A stretch of DNA of 64,000 nucleotides from a bacterium (GCA_030647555.1 JAUSJG010000007.1:36169-100168), one strand, 5' to 3'. Positions 9,741 through 19,457 are shown, counted from the first letter of the stretch. Program-made: numbers and translations. Notes: a model not told the origin generated them from the letters alone.

Positions 9741-10181
9741 TTATTTTTTTATGCCTACCGACCCGCCGGCTTTTTCGATTTTTTCCTTCGCGGATTTGGA
9801 AATTGGCAAGTTGATTTTTAATGCTTTGGTAATTTCGCCATCTCCCAAAACTTTGACAGGATATTCACCCGGATTAATGAGACCATTGGCAGTAAGAGAT
9901 TTCAAATCGACAGTTGCACCGGCCGGAAAAACGCGCTCCAAATCCATAATATTGATGGCTTTGGTTGGCGGTTTTTGCTTGCGAGAAATACCGCGAGTTT
10001 TTGGTAAACGTTGATAGATTGGTGTTTGACCACCTTCGAAACCGGCACGAATACGGGCTCCGGCACGGGATTTTTGACCTTTTGTACCGCGACCACTGGT
10101 CTTACCGGTACCAGAAGAAATACCGCGTCCTAGACGCTTTTTTCGGATCTTCTTCCCTATTCTTAATGAATCATGTCGCAT
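9741..10181 (-). CDS. rplO: 50S ribosomal protein L15
   Basis: Starts MRHDSLRIGKKIRKKRLGRGISSGTGKTSGRGTKGQKSRAG, a typical L15 N-terminus. Sits after rpsE. Confidence 0.9.
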   Translation of the reverse strand: MRHDSLRIGKKIRKKRLGRGISSGTGKTSGRGTKGQKSRAGARIRAGFEGGQTPIYQRLPKTRGISRKQKPPTKAINIMDLERVFPAGATVDLKSLTANGLINPGEYPVKVLGDGEITKALKINLPISKSAKEKIEKAGGSVGIKK

Positions 10182-10182
10182 T

Positions 10183-10707
10183 TTATTCTCCTTTCTTTAC
10201 TTCCGGTTGAGCTTCTACTACTTCGGTTACTTTAGCTTTTTTCAACGGTCGAGCTTGCATCGCGGTAAGGGCCATTATTGTCGCTTTTACGACATTCAAG
10301 CTGTTGTGGGAACCCATCATTTTGCTGGACAAATCACGTAAACCGCCAAGCAAGGCAACCGAACGAATAGGGCCACCGGCAATAATACCGGAACCTTGCG
10401 GAGCCGGTTTTAAGAAAACTGTGGCGCCACGAAAGGTGCGAGTAATTTCATGCGGGATTGTTCCGCCTTCAATAATGAAGCGAACGACGTTTTTCTTAGC
10501 CGATTCTTGCGCTTTGCTAATTGCGTTTTGCACATCCGCGCCCTTGGAAACACCCAAACCGACATTACCGCGCTTGTCGCCAATAATTACCGTGGCGCGA
10601 AAACGGAAACGACGTCCACCTTTAACCACGCGCGTCACACGACGTAATTCAACTACGCGATGGTCAAATTGGTCGTCACTTTGTCCTGGAAATTTTTGGA
10701 ATGCCAT
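10183..10707 (-). CDS. rpsE: 30S ribosomal protein S5
   Basis: Starts MAFQKF... and contains RVVKGGRRFRFRATVIIGD. The start is set at the ATG at 10705-10707. The longer TTG-initiated ORF reads into the repeat element. Confidence 0.9.
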   Translation of the reverse strand: MAFQKFPGQSDDQFDHRVVELRRVTRVVKGGRRFRFRATVIIGDKRGNVGLGVSKGADVQNAISKAQESAKKNVVRFIIEGGTIPHEITRTFRGATVFLKPAPQGSGIIAGGPIRSVALLGGLRDLSSKMMGSHNSLNVVKATIMALTAMQARPLKKAKVTEVVEAQPEVKKGE

Positions 10708-10864
10708 ACCCAGTATATCAACTTCCAATTTGAACAAACTTTGTTTGTTCAAAACTGGCAAGCATTAAGGTTAATTTATTTCGCTTAGTCATATGTTTGA
10801 TTGATGAATAATCTATTTTCATGAAATTGGAAGTTGTATTACTGGGCATGGTAATTAGTTTATA
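10708..10864. repeat. Family A MITE-like element. Termini CATACCCAGTATATCAAC / GTTGTATTACTGGGCAT; internal hairpin TTGAACAAACtttGTTTGTTCAA.
   Basis: 157 bp lying exactly between the rplR stop and the rpsE start codon. It has imperfect 18-bp TIRs and is flanked by CAT triplets. It is near-identical to the copy at 14688-14834. Confidence 0.8.
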
Positions 10865-11245
10865 TTAGAATTCAAGTCCGCCACTTCGAGCGCCATCGGC
10901 TACAGCCTTCACTACGCCGTGATACAAATAACCACCGCGATCAAAAACAACTTTCTTAATACCGGCCTTTTTGGCCTTTTCCGCCAAATTTTCACCTAGC
11001 GCAAAACCTTTTGCAACACGCGCGGTACGCTCTTTAGTTGCTTTGATTTTCTTATCTAATTCTTGATCGCGCGCCGAAACAAGTGTTTTGCTGTTGGCAT
11101 CATCGATCAGTTGCAAAATCAAATGTTTGTTACTGCGATAAACAGACAAACGAGGAAGTTCCGCAACACCGGAAACACGGCTACGAATGCGGTTGTGGCG
11201 CTTTAAGCGATTAACTTTTCTTGTGATAGATGGAGATTTAAACAT
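10865..11245 (-). CDS. rplR: 50S ribosomal protein L18
   Basis: 126 aa. L18 family similarity; ends ...FDRGGYLYHG. Confidence 0.9.
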   Translation of the reverse strand: MFKSPSITRKVNRLKRHNRIRSRVSGVAELPRLSVYRSNKHLILQLIDDANSKTLVSARDQELDKKIKATKERTARVAKGFALGENLAEKAKKAGIKKVVFDRGGYLYHGVVKAVADGARSGGLEF

Positions 11246-11265
11246 ATATTTGAATACTAGTTAAC

Positions 11266-11823
11266 TTATTTGCTATCGGTACCGCCAACAACCTTACCAA
11301 CCTTACGGCGAACATATTCGCCAACATAGCGGATACCCTTTCCTTTATATGGTTCCGGTTTGCGGGTCTTGCGGATAATTGCCGCTGTTTCACCAACCAA
11401 ATACTTATCAATACCGGTAATAGTGATAATACCTTTTTCAACGGCGAAACTGATGCCAGCCGGCGCAGGAATTTCCACTGGATGCGAATAACCAACCAGC
11501 AAAACAAGCGTACTGCCTTTCACTTCCGCGCGGTAACCGACACCTTGCACTTCCAATTTCTTTTCAAAACCAGCCGTAACGCCGGTGACAAGGTTTTGAA
11601 CTAACGCGCGAGACATTCCCCACAAGGCACCGATACCACCGATTTTTTCATCAGAAGTCTTCGGACGAACGACAATCGTTTCGTTTTCCAAAACGGCTTC
11701 AACGGCCGGATGCAAAGTCAAAGAAAGCGTGCCCTTAGGACCGGCAACAGAAACAGCACTACCATTAATTGTGACGGTGACGCCAGCAGTTACTTTGATA
11801 GGATTTTTACCAATTCTTGACAT
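11266..11823 (-). CDS. rplF: 50S ribosomal protein L6
   Basis: Starts MSRIGKNPIKV and has two L6 repeats. The start is set at the ATG at 11823. Confidence 0.9.
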   Translation of the reverse strand: MSRIGKNPIKVTAGVTVTINGSAVSVAGPKGTLSLTLHPAVEAVLENETIVVRPKTSDEKIGGIGALWGMSRALVQNLVTGVTAGFEKKLEVQGVGYRAEVKGSTLVLLVGYSHPVEIPAPAGISFAVEKGIITITGIDKYLVGETAAIIRKTRKPEPYKGKGIRYVGEYVRRKVGKVVGGTDSK

Positions 11824-11978
11824 ACCCAGTATATCAACCGCCAATGCAAGCGTTGAAACGCTTGCAAAAATCGGCCGAGATGAAGAATAAAGATGACATT
11901 TGAGTGATTCTAGAGTTTAATATAATTCTATTAACTTTGCAATAATTGGCGGTTGTATTACTGGGCATAATATTATAA
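11824..11978. repeat. Family A MITE-like element; internal hairpin CAAGCGTTgaaaCGCTTG
   Basis: 155 bp between the rpsH stop and the rplF ATG. Same termini as the other copies. About 95 % identical to the copy at 13515-13663. Confidence 0.8.
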
Positions 11979-12365
11979 TTACCAAACTTTACAAATAACT
12001 TCTCCACCAATTTTCTGACGGCGCGCTTCTTTGTCGGTCATCAAACCTTTTGAGGTGGAGATAACCGCGATACCGATACCGGACAAAACATGAGGAATTT
12101 CATCTTGACGCACATACCAACGACGGGACGGTTTGCTGACGCGCTGGATATCATTAATCACCGGGACAGTATCTTGATACAAAAGTGTCATTTCTAAAAC
12201 ACGCTGTGGGCCTTCTTCCATCGTTGTAACCGGACCAATCATGCCTTCTTTGCGAAGCACATCGGCAATTTGATGCTTAAGTTTAGAGTATGGAACACGT
12301 ACAACAGTAAGCCTTGCCGCCGAAGCGTTCTTGATACTCGTTACCATGTTTGCAATTTGATCCAT
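11979..12365 (-). CDS. rpsH: 30S ribosomal protein S8
   Basis: 128 aa. S8 family, in the conserved operon position. Confidence 0.9.
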   Translation of the reverse strand: MDQIANMVTSIKNASAARLTVVRVPYSKLKHQIADVLRKEGMIGPVTTMEEGPQRVLEMTLLYQDTVPVINDIQRVSKPSRRWYVRQDEIPHVLSGIGIAVISTSKGLMTDKEARRQKIGGEVICKVW

Positions 12366-12441
12366 AATATAGAATATTGTTAGATTAAACTATTTTTATC
12401 AGCAAATCCTTCACCGGACACATTTGGGGTTTTTATCAACT

Positions 12442-12612
12442 CCCTAATTTTCAATTTACAATTATCAATTTTCAATGAATTATCAATGCTTCCAGCCTTC
12501 GCCAAGGCTTCGGCCGGCAAGAAATTTTCAAACAACGACGCTACGCTCCGTTTTGATAATTTAAATAATTGAAAATTAATTGCAAAATTGATCATTGATA
12601 ATTGATAATTTG
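12442..12612. repeat. Family B long imperfect palindrome with an extra GC-rich insert (GCTTCCAGCCTTCGCCAAGGCTTCGGCCGG)
   Basis: Left arm CCCTAATTTTCAATTTACAATTATCAATTTTCAATGAATTATCAAT; centre CAAACAACGACGCTACG; right arm TTTGATAATTTAAATAATTGAAAATTAATTGCAAAATTGATCATTGATAATTGATAATT. Confidence 0.8.
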
Positions 12613-12689
12613 CAAACGTTAATTTACGAATTTCCCCCGTTGCTTTGTTTGAGATTAATGATTTCATAAGAGTATATAAGTATGTTCTA

Positions 12690-12875
12690 TTACCAAGACG
12701 CTTTTTTCACTCCGGGGATTTCACCACGACTGGCAAGCTCTCTGAAGCAAATACGACACATATCGAAATCACGCATATACCCACGACGACGACCACAACG
12801 GAAACATCTTCGAACAATTCGTGTAGAAAACTTCGGCTTCTTCTTTGCTTTCGCGATTTGTGAGGCTTTAGCCAT
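12690..12875 (-). CDS. rpsZ: 30S ribosomal protein S14 type Z (zinc-binding short form)
   Basis: 61 aa with CxxC...CxxC, in the S14 position between rplE and rpsH. Confidence 0.9.
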   Translation of the reverse strand: MAKASQIAKAKKKPKFSTRIVRRCFRCGRRRGYMRDFDMCRICFRELASRGEIPGVKKASW

Positions 12876-12899
12876 AAGTAAATATTAGATTCGTAATAA

Positions 12900-13514
12900 T
12901 TAAGCGTGCTTCTTGCTACTCGTCTTTTTTTGAACTCCGAAAACCTTCGTGTCTTCAATCGCCGCGTCTGTCAGCGGGAAACCAATACTTTCAAACAAAA
13001 CTTTCGCTTCTTCCTTATTCTTGGCAGTGGTAACAACCGTAACTTGCAAGCCGAAGATCGTTTCAATTTTCTGCGGATCTACTTCCGGAAAGGCAGCCGC
13101 TTCGCGAATCCCGACGGACATGTTGCCATTCTGATCGATACATTTGCTTTGAACACCACGGAAATCTCGAACACGAGGAAAAACAACATGAATCAGTTTC
13201 TTCAAAAAGTCGTCCATACGCTTACCACGCAATGTAACCATTAAACCGGCAACTTGATTTTCGCGAAGTTTAAAACCGGCAATGGATTTCTTGGATAATG
13301 TTTGGGCCGGTTTTTGGCCGGTGAGCAAAACCAAACCTTTTTCCACGTCTTCCAAAAACTTACCTTCTTTGGCGTGCTTACCAACACCCGACGCCACAAC
13401 AATGTGATCAACCCTTGGTAAGGACATCAAATTCTCACGTTTCAATTTTTCTTTCAAAATTGGCAACGCGTTTTGGAGATATGTTTCTTTGGAGTTGAGA
13501 CTAGACTTCGTCAT
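12900..13514 (-). CDS. rplE: 50S ribosomal protein L5
   Basis: Starts MTKSSLN... and shows L5 family similarity. The start is set at the ATG at 13514. Confidence 0.9.
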   Translation of the reverse strand: MTKSSLNSKETYLQNALPILKEKLKRENLMSLPRVDHIVVASGVGKHAKEGKFLEDVEKGLVLLTGQKPAQTLSKKSIAGFKLRENQVAGLMVTLRGKRMDDFLKKLIHVVFPRVRDFRGVQSKCIDQNGNMSVGIREAAAFPEVDPQKIETIFGLQVTVVTTAKNKEEAKVLFESIGFPLTDAAIEDTKVFGVQKKTSSKKHA

Positions 13515-13663
13515 ACCCCGTATATCAACCGCCAATGCAAGCGTTGAAACGCTTGCAAAAACCGGTCGAGATGAAAAATAAAGATAACATTTGAGTGATT
13601 CTAGAGTTTAATATATTTCTATTAACTTTGCAATAATTGGCGGTTGTATTACGGGGCATATAT
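13515..13663. repeat. Family A MITE-like element
   Basis: 149 bp between the rplX stop and the rplE ATG. Termini are CATACCCCGTATATCAAC / GTTGTATTACGGGGCAT. Confidence 0.8.
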
Positions 13664-14017
13664 TTAAGCAATAATAGCTGAACATTTTTTGCAAATTCGA
13701 TCACGGGTACTCTTGCCGTCCGTCGCAACCGTGCGTCTTAATCCGACGCGCGTGGCTTTTCCGCAAGACGGACAAATAAGCATTGTGCGAGAAACCGGAA
13801 CCTTTGACGGAATAGCAACCGTTTGTCCTTTTTCACCGGCTTTACGCGGACGAATGTGTTTCTTTACGATATTGGCGCCATCTACAACCAAACGACCTTC
13901 TTTAGGAAATACAACCAACACCTTTCCCGTCTTGTCACGATCTTTACCGGACAACATTTTTACGGTGTCGCCTTTCTTAATCTTTATCTTCAACACTTTT
14001 TCAAGTTTCTTTACCAT
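13664..14017 (-). CDS. rplX: 50S ribosomal protein L24 with a C-terminal zinc-ribbon extension
   Basis: KOW motif [22 protein letters not shown]-terminal CPSCGK...CKKC extension is absent from typical L24. Confidence 0.8.
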   Translation of the reverse strand: MVKKLEKVLKIKIKKGDTVKMLSGKDRDKTGKVLVVFPKEGRLVVDGANIVKKHIRPRKAGEKGQTVAIPSKVPVSRTMLICPSCGKATRVGLRRTVATDGKSTRDRICKKCSAIIA

Positions 14018-14382
14018 ACTTCTGGGGCTAATGAAATAATTTTTTGATAACCTTTATCACGCACTTCACGCGCGATGGGTCCAAAAATACGCGTTCCCAT
14101 CGGTTCCTTCGAATCTTTTTGCAAAACCACCGCCGCGTTCTCATCAAAACGAATATGGGAACCATCCGCGCGAGAAACTTCTTTGCGTTGACGAACAACA
14201 ACCGCTCTCACCACATCACCCTTTTTTACCAAGCCACGCGGTTGCGCCGATTTAACGGAACAAACAATCATATCACCCATATAAGAATAGCGACGACCGG
14301 TGTTACCGATAACTTTTATACACTGCAAAAGTGTCGCTCCGGAGTTGTCGGCAACCGAAAGCATTGTGCGCATCTGAATCAT
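14011..14382 (-). CDS. rplN: 50S ribosomal protein L14
   Basis: Starts [16 protein letters not shown], a canonical L14 start. Confidence 0.9.
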   Translation of the reverse strand: MIQMRTMLSVADNSGATLLQCIKVIGNTGRRYSYMGDMIVCSVKSAQPRGLVKKGDVVRAVVVRQRKEVSRADGSHIRFDENAAVVLQKDSKEPMGTRIFGPIAREVRDKGYQKIISLAPEVW

Positions 14383-14687
14383 ACTGTTTCTCCTTTAATT
14401 ACGGCCGATGTAACAATACTCACTAAGCGAAAATTCTTACGGGCGGACATTGGACGACATTTTTCAATCGTCACCTTATCATTCATTTTCGCTTCCCCTT
14501 TTTCATCATGCACCAAATATTTCTTTGAACGACTATATTGCTTGTGTAATTTCAAATGCCATACCAAACGGTCCACTTTAACCGCAATTGTTTTGGTCAT
14601 CTTTCCTGCAGACACGACAATCCCAGTCAACCGTTGCGGGTGTTTTTCAGATACTACTTCTTCTGTTTTTTGAGTAACTTTAGTCAT
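14379..14687 (-). CDS. rpsQ: 30S ribosomal protein S17
   Basis: The S17 fold begins at MTKVTQ.... The start is set at the ATG at 14685-14687. Confidence 0.85.
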   Translation of the reverse strand: MTKVTQKTEEVVSEKHPQRLTGIVVSAGKMTKTIAVKVDRLVWHLKLHKQYSRSKKYLVHDEKGEAKMNDKVTIEKCRPMSARKNFRLVSIVTSAVIKGETV

Positions 14688-14834
14688 GGCCCCGTATATC
14701 AACTTCCAATTTGAACAAACTTTGTTTGTTCAAAACTGGCAAGCATTAAAATTAAAACTTTTTGCACGTTCATATTTTTTCTGATTAAGTAATTCATTAT
14801 TTTAAAATTGGAAGTTGTATTTCGGGGCATGACT
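14688..14834. repeat. Family A MITE-like element
   Basis: 147 bp between the rpmC stop and the rpsQ ATG. Termini CATGGCCCCGTATATCAAC / GTTGTATTTCGGGGCAT. Confidence 0.8.
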
Positions 14835-15116
14835 TTATTTCGTAGATGAATGAGAATTATTCTCATGTTCCGTAAGAATTGTCAACCCTTCGACGTTGCT
14901 CAGGGTTGACCCCTCGACTCGGCTCGGGGATAACCGTGACTCGTGTAGAACGGTCAAGCATCTCGCTAATTCATGACGGACCATCGATAATTTCTTAACA
15001 TTTTTTTCGCTTCCCTTCGCCGACCCAAAACGCATTTGTTCAATTTGGGCACGCAATTCTTCTACTTTGACTTTCAAAGTTTCCGGCGCAATTTGTCTTA
15101 ATTCTTTTGCTTTCAT
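14835..15116 (-). CDS. rpmC: 50S ribosomal protein L29 with a ~30 aa C-terminal extension
   Basis: Starts MKAKELRQ...KVKVEELRAQIEQMRF. The start is set at the ATG at 15116. Confidence 0.8.
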   Translation of the reverse strand: MKAKELRQIAPETLKVKVEELRAQIEQMRFGSAKGSEKNVKKLSMVRHELARCLTVLHESRLSPSRVEGSTLSNVEGLTILTEHENNSHSSTK

Positions 15117-15263
15117 ACCCAGTATATCAACTTCCAATATAAGCAATCGCGGATTGCTTATATTTAATTATAACTAAGCTTGCATTCTTCATATTATTCT
15201 GAATCAAATTTTGCTTGGAAATAAATTTCATAATATTGGAAGTTGTATTACTGGGCATAGGAT
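15117..15263. repeat. Family A MITE-like element; internal hairpin ATAAGCAATCgcgGATTGCTTAT
   Basis: 147 bp between the rplP stop and the rpmC ATG. Termini CATACCCAGTATATCAAC / GTTGTATTACTGGGCAT. Confidence 0.8.
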
Positions 15264-15686
15264 TTACAAAGATGATGTTTTACAAACAAAGGCGGTTTTT
15301 ACCGGCAATTTGTCGGAAGCCAAACGGATCGCGCGTTTTGTTGTTGCTTCATCCAATCCGTCAACTTCTAAAATAATACGCCCTCTGCGCACAACCGCCA
15401 CAAAGTGGTCGACCGCGCCCTTACCGGATCCCATTGGTACTTCCGCGCCCTTCTTCGTAATCGGCTTGTCCGGGAACACACGGATCCAAACTTTACCGGA
15501 ACGTTGCATAAAGCGTGTCATCGCGCGACGCGCCGCTTCCAGTTGACGCGCGGTAATCCAGCGACTTTCGAGCGCGCGCAAACCGTACTGGCCAAACGCT
15601 AACGTTGAACCGGCAACAGAGACTCCTCGCACCGAACCTTTTTGATGCTTACGGTGTTTGACTTTTTTGGGATTCAAAAGTGGCAT
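15264..15686 (-). CDS. rplP: 50S ribosomal protein L16
   Basis: 140 aa. L16 family; starts MPLLNPKKVKHRK. Confidence 0.9.
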   Translation of the reverse strand: MPLLNPKKVKHRKHQKGSVRGVSVAGSTLAFGQYGLRALESRWITARQLEAARRAMTRFMQRSGKVWIRVFPDKPITKKGAEVPMGSGKGAVDHFVAVVRRGRIILEVDGLDEATTKRAIRLASDKLPVKTAFVCKTSSL

Positions 15687-15769
15687 AATATTAGAAAATT
15701 TCAGCTAAATTGCGTTTATCAAACATTTCTGTAATCGAAGTTAAAATGTTTCGCAATATGCCACTAATT

Positions 15770-15905
15770 TTCAATTTACAATTATCAATTTTCAATGAAT
15801 TATCAATTCTTAAATTATCAAACAACGACGCGACGTTAATTTTTGAAAATTTAGATAATTGAAAATTAATTGCAAAATTGATAATTGATAATTGATAATT
15901 TACAA
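15770..15905. repeat. Family B long imperfect palindrome
   Basis: Arms AATTTTCAATTTACAATTATCAATTTTCAATGAATTATCAATTCTTAAATTATC and ATTGAAAATTAATTGCAAAATTGATAATTGATAATTGATAATT, around CAAACAACGACGCGACG. Confidence 0.8.
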
Positions 15906-15961
15906 AACTCATTTTCTTATCCGAATCATTTTGTGACATAAGCATCTTCATAAATTCATTA

Positions 15962-16603
15962 TTATTCGCTAACTTTGTCATCGGTATACATCCAAACTTT
16001 GACACCGATCGTACCAAAGGTTGTAAACGCGGTCGCTTCACCATAAGTAATGTTGGCACGCAAAGTGTGTAAAGGAAGATTTCCATCGCCCAACCATTCC
16101 GTGCGGGCAATATCCGCGCCATTCAAACGGCCCTTAACCTTGATACGCGCCCCTTTGGCACCGGATTGCATAATACGACCTATCGATTGCTTCAAGATTC
16201 TGCGGAAAGGCATGCGACGTTCCAGTTGATCGGCAATTGATAATGCGACAGTACCGGCATCGCGATCCGGACGCTTAACTTCTTGAACATTTACGCGAAT
16301 ATCTTTTTCACTGCCCAAGCGTATACGCAATTCTTTACGCATTTCCTCGATACCACTGCCACCGCGTCCGATTACGACTGCCGGACGCGCCGTCTTAATA
16401 TTGAAAGTAATGGCGCGCGGTGTGCGTTCAATATCAACAACATGCACCATACCCGTGCGAAACTTATCGCGGACTAATTTACGCAAGATAGTATCTTCTT
16501 TTAACTGGGTACGATATTCCAAAGGACGATCAGCAAACCACCTGGAAGCCCAAGTACCTGTAATACCGATACGTAAACCGCGGGGATGACAACGATGAGA
16601 CAT
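15962..16603 (-). CDS. rpsC: 30S ribosomal protein S3
   Basis: 213 aa. Starts MSHRCHPRGLRIG and has a KH domain. Confidence 0.9.
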   Translation of the reverse strand: MSHRCHPRGLRIGITGTWASRWFADRPLEYRTQLKEDTILRKLVRDKFRTGMVHVVDIERTPRAITFNIKTARPAVVIGRGGSGIEEMRKELRIRLGSEKDIRVNVQEVKRPDRDAGTVALSIADQLERRMPFRRILKQSIGRIMQSGAKGARIKVKGRLNGADIARTEWLGDGNLPLHTLRANITYGEATAFTTFGTIGVKVWMYTDDKVSE

Positions 16604-16675
16604 AAAGTATATTTTAAATAAAGCTATTTTCCAGAAATAAATTACTGCTATTTTCCTTTCCTGATTCAGTTACGC

Positions 16676-16810
16676 CCAAAAATCTCAAACTCCAAATCCC
16701 AAATCCCAAAAACTTACTCGACGCAAAACCCGCGACGCGATTCAATGCGTTTTTGGACATTTGGTCATTGAGATTTTTTTGGAAATTGGTCATTGGAAAT
16801 TGGAAATTAT
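16676..16810. repeat. Family C long imperfect palindrome
   Basis: Arms CTCAAACTCCAAATCCCAAATCCCAAAAAC and TTTTGGACATTTGGTCATTGAGATTTTTTTGGAAATTGGTCATTGGAAATTGG, around GACGCAAAACCCGCGACGCG. Confidence 0.75.
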
Positions 16811-16813
16811 CGT

Positions 16814-17344
16814 TTATCCTTCGCCTGCACGTCTTTGGAATGCTTGACGTGAACTCTTCGGCGAGGCGGCCTTTTTTACCGCGCCGGTTGAAGTCGCTTC
16901 TGTTTCCGTGCTCGTTTTCTCTTTCTTCACGGCAAGATCCTCCGCGGATAAATCTTCAATCTTTCGTCTTACAATTTCAGATTTCTTTCCTTCAATCTTC
17001 TTCTTACTTGGCTCACGTTCTGCTAAAAACATATCAATGTGGGAAGTCTTCTTTTCAATGCGGAAAGCGGCACCTTTGGATCTTGGCATAAAACGCTTAA
17101 GTTTCGTTCCACCACCAACTCGCACTTCCCTAACAAATAACTTCTCGGCATCCAATTCATAGTTATGTTTCGCGTTAGCAACCGCCGATTGCAAAAGTTT
17201 CAACAGAGGACCGGAACTGCGTTGTGGCAAAAACTGTAGAGTAGAAATCGCTTGCTTTATTGAAAGACCGCGTAGCTCTTTAGCTACCAAACGCACTTTG
17301 CGAGGGGCAATCCGTATAAAACCTAGTCGAGCGTGTATGTCCAT
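16814..17344 (-). CDS. rplV: 50S ribosomal protein L22 with a lysine/glutamate-rich C-terminal extension
   Basis: An L22 core followed by an ~60 aa charged tail. Confidence 0.85.
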   Translation of the reverse strand: MDIHARLGFIRIAPRKVRLVAKELRGLSIKQAISTLQFLPQRSSGPLLKLLQSAVANAKHNYELDAEKLFVREVRVGGGTKLKRFMPRSKGAAFRIEKKTSHIDMFLAEREPSKKKIEGKKSEIVRRKIEDLSAEDLAVKKEKTSTETEATSTGAVKKAASPKSSRQAFQRRAGEG

Positions 17345-17676
17345 TACTTTCCTTTCTCTTCCGGCGCCTTCAGAGCGGAGGACGCGGCTAACGCAACTTT
17401 TTGCGCTTCTTCCTTGGCCATCTGACCACCGTGACGAATAAACTTACGCGTCGGAGAAAATTCACCAAGCTTGTGCCCAACCATATCTTCCGTGCAATTT
17501 ACGGTAATAAAATCTTTTCCGTTATGCACCTGAAATTGAACGCCAACCATTTCCGGTGTAATCGAGCAAGCTCGGGACCAGGTCTTAATTGGCGTACGAT
17601 CGCCCGGGCGCTTATTTTGCACCTTCTTAATTACCCGTTCGTCCACGTAGGGACCCTTCTTGAGAGATCGAGACAT
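17344..17676 (-). CDS. rpsS: 30S ribosomal protein S19
   Basis: Starts [12 protein letters not shown] and contains GHKLGEF. Confidence 0.9.
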   Translation of the reverse strand: MSRSLKKGPYVDERVIKKVQNKRPGDRTPIKTWSRACSITPEMVGVQFQVHNGKDFITVNCTEDMVGHKLGEFSPTRKFIRHGGQMAKEEAQKVALAASSALKAPEEKGK

Positions 17677-17747
17677 GTTAGGAAACCTTTAACGAAAAAT
17701 TAAGCAACTTACAACCATCTTCATTCAAACGATTATTCTCCTTAACA

Positions 17748-17900
17748 AGCCCCCAAATGTTCAATTTCCAATTACCAATTTTCAATAAATTATCAATGAT
17801 TAAATTATCAAATAACGCGCTCACGTCGTAGTATTTTGAAAATTCGAACTTTTGAAAATTATTTGAAAATTGCAAAATTGATAATTGAAAATTACCAATT
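17748..17900. repeat. Family B long imperfect palindrome
   Basis: Arms CCCCAAATGTTCAATTTCCAATTACCAATTTTCAATAAATTATCAATG... and ...TTTGAAAATTATTTGAAAATTGCAAAATTGATAATTGAAAATTACCAATT. Confidence 0.8.
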
Positions 17901-17953
17901 CTTCTCAAGCTCTTCATTGTTTTATCCACAATAGATGGTTTCATAATTTACTT

Positions 17954-18790
17954 TTATTTCTTCTTCCTTCTTTGAATAATAAACTGATTGGAATACTTCT
18001 TCTTATTTCTTGTCTTCACACCAAAAGCATGTTTACCCCACGGGGTTTTTGGATGACGCAAACCGATTGGGTTATGACCCTCACCACCACCGTGCGGATG
18101 ATCACAGGGATTCATGGCTTTTCCGCGGACACTTGGACGAATCCCCAAGCGACGATTTCTACCGGCAGCACCAATGCGTTCAATACGATGATCGGAATTA
18201 CTGACTTTGCCAATTGTAGCCCAACAACCGGCCGGCACCAAACGGATTTCACTGCTTGGCATTTTCAAGTGGGCGGAACCGCCTTCAACTTCTTGTAAAA
18301 TAGCGGACGAGCCGGCAGAACGAACGATTTGACCACCTTGTCCCGGGCGCAATTCAATGTTGAAAATTTCCGTACCGGATGGAATCGCCGTAAGTGGCAT
18401 ACGACAACCTATGCTCGGTTCCGTCTTTTCACCGGTTATCATTTTGTCGCCAACCTTGGCGCCTTCCCAGGCCAAATGATAACGCTTTTCACCATCCATA
18501 TAAGCAACCAATACGATAAAGCTTGTACGAATTGGATCATATTCCAAAGATTGAATCACACCTGGGATATCCAGTTTGTCTTGATGAAAATCGATCATGC
18601 GGTACATTTGACGCATTCCACCACCGTGATGACGCGTCGTAATACGACCAAGGTTATTGCGACCACCGGTCTTGCGCACAGAACTTCGAAGACGCTTTGG
18701 CGGACGGGCATGTCTGCTTAAAACACCGTAATCAACAACGGATGTTTTTCGGCGGGCCGGACTGGTTGGTTTGTAAATCTTTACAGGCAT
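17954..18790 (-). CDS. rplB: 50S ribosomal protein L2
   Basis: 278 aa. Contains GGGQ and shows L2 family similarity along its length. Confidence 0.95.
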   Translation of the reverse strand: MPVKIYKPTSPARRKTSVVDYGVLSRHARPPKRLRSSVRKTGGRNNLGRITTRHHGGGMRQMYRMIDFHQDKLDIPGVIQSLEYDPIRTSFIVLVAYMDGEKRYHLAWEGAKVGDKMITGEKTEPSIGCRMPLTAIPSGTEIFNIELRPGQGGQIVRSAGSSAILQEVEGGSAHLKMPSSEIRLVPAGCWATIGKVSNSDHRIERIGAAGRNRRLGIRPSVRGKAMNPCDHPHGGGEGHNPIGLRHPKTPWGKHAFGVKTRNKKKYSNQFIIQRRKKK

Positions 18791-18861
18791 ATCAGGAAGC
18801 TTTTAGGTTACAACTTAACTTATTCACATTTAATTTATTGATAACAACTACTGAATCTACA

Positions 18862-18985
18862 AAATCCCTAATTACCAATTTCCAATTACCAATTTCCAAT
18901 GAATGCCCAATTCCAAAATTTCCAAAAGGGACTACGCCAACATGCTTTGAAAATTTAGACATTTGAAAATTTGCAGTGGTATCAA
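18862..18985. repeat. Family B-like long imperfect palindrome of the CCAATT/AATTGG type
   Basis: Arms CCTAATTACCAATTTCCAATTACCAATTTCCAATGAATGCCCAATTCCAAAATTTCC and GCTTTGAAAATTTAGACATTTGAAAATTTGCAGTGG. Confidence 0.65.
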
Positions 18986-19018
18986 TATTCATTTTTGGGC
19001 AAATATTTTTCATAAAAG

Positions 19019-19453
19019 TCATTTTGTAAAATCAATAACCTCACCCTTGCGCACAAACACCACTGCTTTTCTGTATCCCGAAATCCTGCCCTCAATCGCG
19101 CCACGCATGCGCTTTTTTGGATGCACTGTCACAACATTGACGCGCGTCACATGCACCTTAAAACGTTTTTCCACAATCTGGTGAATTTCTTGCTTAGTAG
19201 CGTAATCGGCAATTTGAAATGTATAACGACCATCCGCGGAAAGGATGGCGGATTTTTCCGTAACAATCGGACGAATCAAAACATTGGCCTTAATTCCCTT
19301 AAAAGACGAAAGGTCGACGGAAGTTTTTTCTTCCTTTACTTCCTTGACTTTTTTTGCAGGTTTCTCGACACCATTTTCTTTTTTGTCCAACGCTTCTGCC
19401 GCGACAATATCAGCCTTGGTTTCTTTTTTCTTGAATACGGAGAGAATACTCAT
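19019..19453 (-). CDS. rplW: 50S ribosomal protein L23 with an ~45 aa N-terminal extension
   Basis: The L23 core is the C-terminal ~95 aa; the N-terminus is lysine/glutamate-rich. Confidence 0.8.
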   Translation of the reverse strand: MSILSVFKKKETKADIVAAEALDKKENGVEKPAKKVKEVKEEKTSVDLSSFKGIKANVLIRPIVTEKSAILSADGRYTFQIADYATKQEIHQIVEKRFKVHVTRVNVVTVHPKKRMRGAIEGRISGYRKAVVFVRKGEVIDFTK

Positions 19454-19457
19454 AATG

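Noticed and set aside
12380-12667. 95-aa ORF between rpsH and rpsZ. Similar ORFs lie at 15691-16122, 17678-17944, 18792-19022 and 33971-34324.
   Set aside because: They lie almost entirely inside the AT-rich palindromic repeat elements. The translations are low-complexity (NFQLSKF...) and the reading frames are created by the repeat units, so they are not treated as genes.
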